Of a stretch of 46,929 nucleotides of DNA, positions 43,987 through 46,929 are shown piece after piece (within the stretch, counting starts at the first letter, position 1; the number at the start of each line of letters is the position of its first letter). Location of the stretch: positions 1-46,929 of the IMG/VR virus record IMGVR_UViG_2703718815_000012. One strand, 5' to 3'. The position numbers and the translations under genes were made by a program. The stretch is from a virus (taxonomy: Duplodnaviria > Heunggongvirae > Uroviricota > Caudoviricetes). The notes below the pieces were generated by a model, which saw only the letters and a program-made list of their open reading frames with translations, ran no database searches and was not told where the DNA came from.

Positions 43987-44236
43987 CTCTTACTTTCTTG
44001 TTCAGGAGTTTCAGGAAGAGAACGGTGTTATTCGCCTGACGGTGAACACCACCAGCATTGGCAGCTCTGACCGGTGGAAGGATGGCATCAGTTGGGATGC
44101 ATTGCAGGAGATAAAGTCAGCCGTTGGCTATGGGGATCGGGATGCCGTGGAGATTTACCCGCGGGATTATGATGTGGTGAACGTGGCGAACATGCGCCAC
44201 CTGTGGATTACGCCGGAGCCAATTAGCTTCGCCTAG
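43904..44236 (+). CDS. hypothetical protein (110 aa)
   Basis: GTG start preceded by AAGGAG SD. Confidence 0.4.
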   Translation: MIGILKPVPESQWPVRCHDPKRSNVWANSYFLVQEFQEENGVIRLTVNTTSIGSSDRWKDGISWDALQEIKSAVGYGDRDAVEIYPRDYDVVNVANMRHLWITPEPISFA

Positions 44237-44335
44237 CGGAAGTAAACAGCATCAGCGCATCGCCGTGTGGCGGGTGACATCCCGCCAAATAACGACGATC
44301 AACTGAACATCAACACATTATATGTACATACGACC

Positions 44336-45427
44336 ATGAACATTCAGATCAAAACACTATCTGTCCGAATTAAAGACAAGCACGCAGCCGTTTTGCGGCA
44401 GATGGCCTTTGAGGTCAATCAGATCTTTAATCTGGCAAACGAGATAACCAGCGTAGCATACGGCAACGCTGGCTTTTTTGGCGCGCAAAAACCGCAATGG
44501 CTATCGGCGTTTGATGTTCAGAAACCGCTCCTTAAAGAGCGAAAAGAGCGCGGGTATACCATCCCCAGCCATACCGTACAGGAAATCGCAGCAATTCACG
44601 GCAAGGCACGGAAGCAATTTAAACGCTCTCGCTTACGCTGGCGAGTCAGTGGGGGATCTCGCCGTTCGTTGGGTTGGGTGCCGTTTAAAATAGGCAGCGC
44701 TGTCTGGAAAAATGGCGCGGTGCGGTTCGCTGGCAGGATTTTTAATGTCTGGGATAGCTACGGCTTGGGAGGATTTAAATTCCGTGCTGGAAGCTTTTCA
44801 GAAGACAGCCGTGGACGCTGGTACTTCAATGTTTGCGTAGAGGTCGAAACTGTCCCATCAACGGCCACTTCCGCCGTGGGTATCGATTTAGGGCTGAAAG
44901 ACTACGCCACCCCGTCAGAAGGTGATCCGCTGATTGCCGGTAGATTCTATCGAGATCTGGAGCCTGCATTAGGAAAGGCACAGCGTGCAAACAAAAAAGC
45001 CCGTGTACGCGCCATACACGCCAAAATTAAGAACCGCCGCAAAGATGCCCTGCACAAGTACAGCACGGCGCTGGTTAACAGCCATGCGGCAATATTCGTA
45101 GGCGACGCGAGCAGTAAGAAACTGGTTAAAACCAAAATGGCAAAAAGCATTTTGGACGCTGGCTGGTTCATGCTCAAAACACAACTGGAATATAAAGCGA
45201 TTGCGCGGTCAGTGGTGTTTGAAGTGGTCAACGAAAGTTATTCCACCCAAGCTTGTTCGTGTTGCGGGGCTATCTCCGCCAACAGTCCGAAAGGTAGAGC
45301 AGGCCTGCGAATAAGAGAATGGACTTGTTGTGAGTGCGGAACCACTCATGACCGCGACGTGAACGCCGCAAAGAACATTCTCGCGGCGGGGCATCGCCGT
45401 CTAGCTGTAGGAATCCCCTTCCTTTAG
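44336..45427 (+). CDS. tnpB: TnpB (IS200/IS605 OrfB-type RuvC-like RNA-guided endonuclease)
   Basis: RuvC-I GIDLG, C-terminal zinc finger CSCCG...CCECG, RuvC-III RDVNAAKNI; ATG 44336. Confidence 0.75.
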   Translation: MNIQIKTLSVRIKDKHAAVLRQMAFEVNQIFNLANEITSVAYGNAGFFGAQKPQWLSAFDVQKPLLKERKERGYTIPSHTVQEIAAIHGKARKQFKRSRLRWRVSGGSRRSLGWVPFKIGSAVWKNGAVRFAGRIFNVWDSYGLGGFKFRAGSFSEDSRGRWYFNVCVEVETVPSTATSAVGIDLGLKDYATPSEGDPLIAGRFYRDLEPALGKAQRANKKARVRAIHAKIKNRRKDALHKYSTALVNSHAAIFVGDASSKKLVKTKMAKSILDAGWFMLKTQLEYKAIARSVVFEVVNESYSTQACSCCGAISANSPKGRAGLRIREWTCCECGTTHDRDVNAAKNILAAGHRRLAVGIPFL

Positions 45428-45510
45428 GACGGGGAGGATGTCAAGCAACTGATAGCCAGTTATGAGCTGGCTATTGGGTGCGAAAGCACTGCTCAGTTAT
45501 CCCCCATTTT

Positions 45511-45538
45511 GCCCGGCCCCGCGCCGGGCGCTCTTTTT
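45511..45538 (+). terminator. hairpin plus U-tract at right end of IS element
   Basis: gcccggc-cccgc-gccgggc followed by GCTCTTTTT. Confidence 0.5.
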
Positions 45539-45551
45539 CTGGAGATCACAG

Positions 45552-45767
45552 ATGAATGACAGCATCCTGGTTACAAGCGAAATCCTTGCGCGCTACAAAA
45601 TATCGCGCAGCACGCTCTATTTCTGGAGCACTCCCGCACGTATGCCATCCAGCTTTTCATGCCCATTCCCGAAACCAACCATCCCCGGAAATCCGAAGCG
45701 CTGGCGTGAGTCAGAAATCAAGTCATGGGAAGACAAGGTCAACTTTGCTAAAGGGGATACCCAATAA
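45552..45767 (+). CDS. AlpA-family excisionase / transcriptional regulator
   Basis: ATG 45552; ILARYKISRSTLYFW...FPKP...PKRWRESEIKSW resembles AlpA/Xis HTH family; converges on integrase. Confidence 0.6.
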   Translation: MNDSILVTSEILARYKISRSTLYFWSTPARMPSSFSCPFPKPTIPGNPKRWRESEIKSWEDKVNFAKGDTQ

Positions 45768-46929
45768 TCTCCTGCAAATGCTTCTGCCAGATATCCAGCC
45801 ATTCATGCTGATCGTCCATATAGTCATGAAGGTTGTATCTGGCCATAACCCCGCCCATCTGATGTCCGAGCAACTTTTCTATAACGTGTGGTGGAGCGCC
45901 AAGCTCGGACAGGCGCGTGGCCACCGTTCTCCGCAAATCATGTAATGACCACTCCTTCATTCCGTTCTTACGCACTACCTGCATTGAGTACGTCGAGACA
46001 AGCGTCTGCCCAGGTGGGACATCTTCTTTATCCCGGAACTGTGCTGGAGTCAGAACGTGCTTAGTGATTGATCCGCGTTGATGCTCTTGCAGAAGCCTGA
46101 CCGCAGTATCCGGCAACGCACGACGAATAGTTTTACCGGTCTTATAATCCTCTGCCGGCACAGTCCATGACCTTTCTTTGAAATCGAACCACTCCCATCT
46201 CGACTTTCTTATTTCTGCGGCGCGGCATCCGGTTAGAATCATGAACCTGATTACCAGTTGTTGAGAGGGAGGCAGAGAGAAAAGAGTATCCCACACCTGC
46301 TTTATCTCACTATCTGAAAGCCGCCTCTCCTTCATCTTCGCTGCTATACCGACATCCGATTTTCGTAACGACTCCAGTGGATTGGTTTTGATTACTCCCC
46401 TGTTGTGGCAGAACCGGAAAGCACGCTTGGTCAGAGACAGCATCTCACCTGATATGACACTCCTCCCCATTGCATCGAAAACCTCAAGCCAGTTCGCCTT
46501 CACTGTCTGGTCCACAATAGCCTTCCCTAGCCGCGGGCTAATGTGCTTTTTGAAGCTTTTACCGTTCGCATCAATTTTAATGAGCCCCTCCGGGATACAG
46601 TAATGCTTCACCCAGTACTCATAGGCCTCATCGACTGTCAGCGCTTCTATTCTTTCAGCCTTCTCCACCAGCACTTTCTGCCGGGGATCATACCCCTCGC
46701 TCAACCACGCTCTGAACTGCTGTCTTCTGTCTCTCGCCTGAGAGAGTGAAATAGTTGGATAGTCACCAATGCTTAACTGCACAGGCTTGCCCTGCCAGCG
46801 ATACCGATAGAAGAATGTGATAGAACCGGTTATGCTTAGACGCACATTCAGTCCGTTTGAATCAGAGAGAACCTCAACCTTCTCCCTGCGCTTTCCGAGC
46901 GACTTTCGTAACTTAGTATCTGTGAGCAC
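45748..46929 (-). CDS. int: tyrosine integrase (P4-type); 5' end at or just beyond window edge
   Basis: N-terminal LTDTKLRK...YRYRWQGKPVQLSIGDYP arm-type domain and C-terminal catalytic region HDLRRT...LLGH...Y; ORF runs to the last base of the window. Confidence 0.85.
   Translation of the reverse strand: MLTDTKLRKSLGKRREKVEVLSDSNGLNVRLSITGSITFFYRYRWQGKPVQLSIGDYPTISLSQARDRRQQFRAWLSEGYDPRQKVLVEKAERIEALTVDEAYEYWVKHYCIPEGLIKIDANGKSFKKHISPRLGKAIVDQTVKANWLEVFDAMGRSVISGEMLSLTKRAFRFCHNRGVIKTNPLESLRKSDVGIAAKMKERRLSDSEIKQVWDTLFSLPPSQQLVIRFMILTGCRAAEIRKSRWEWFDFKERSWTVPAEDYKTGKTIRRALPDTAVRLLQEHQRGSITKHVLTPAQFRDKEDVPPGQTLVSTYSMQVVRKNGMKEWSLHDLRRTVATRLSELGAPPHVIEKLLGHQMGGVMARYNLHDYMDDQHEWLDIWQKHLQEIIGYPL

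Larger units (their letters stand above)
44240..45545 (+). mobile_element. IS200/IS605-family tnpB-only insertion element (approximate ends)
   Basis: TnpB gene flanked by subterminal GC hairpins (44269..44286 and 45511..45529); no tnpA present. Confidence 0.5.
385..46929. mobile_element. lambdoid temperate prophage; left junction inside yedK, right end beyond the integrase and outside the window
   Basis: contiguous tail, head, packaging, lysis, Q, nin, replication, immunity (cro/cI), recombination (gam-bet-exo) and integrase modules in mirrored lambda order. Confidence 0.9.

Overview
The window is almost entirely one lambdoid temperate siphovirus prophage (about 46.5 kb), laid out in mirrored lambda order. 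From the left: the 5' part of host yedK (SRAP peptidase), truncated near nt 384; an AT-rich acyltransferase-3 membrane protein and a beta-helix tailspike; a T1/GTA-type tail tip containing an HNH homing endonuclease; tape measure, tail, head, portal and terminase genes, all on the minus strand. Then a moron island, a P21-like lysis cassette (pinholin, SAR endolysin, Rz/Rz1), a tRNA-Thr flanked by two terminators, Q, the nin region (NinB, NinE, phosphatase, NinG), a DnaC-like loader and an O-like initiator with internal iteron origin, and a YdaT-like/Cro-YdaS pair. Across a divergent three-operator OR lies cI on the plus strand, followed by a secreted-protein moron, a terminator and an OL/PL-like region. 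The early-left arm carries accessory genes, gam-bet-exo, an MT-A70 methylase, a TraR-like zinc finger, an IS200/IS605-type tnpB element, an AlpA-like excisionase and a P4-type integrase cut by the window edge. All calls rest on reading the sequence and the supplied ORF translations; no database search was run. Non-coding coordinates were anchored to ORF-track boundaries and may be off by a base or two. The candidates for something new are the two morons between the lysis and packaging modules, the secreted protein in the rexAB position next to cI, and the antisense ORF pair at PL.
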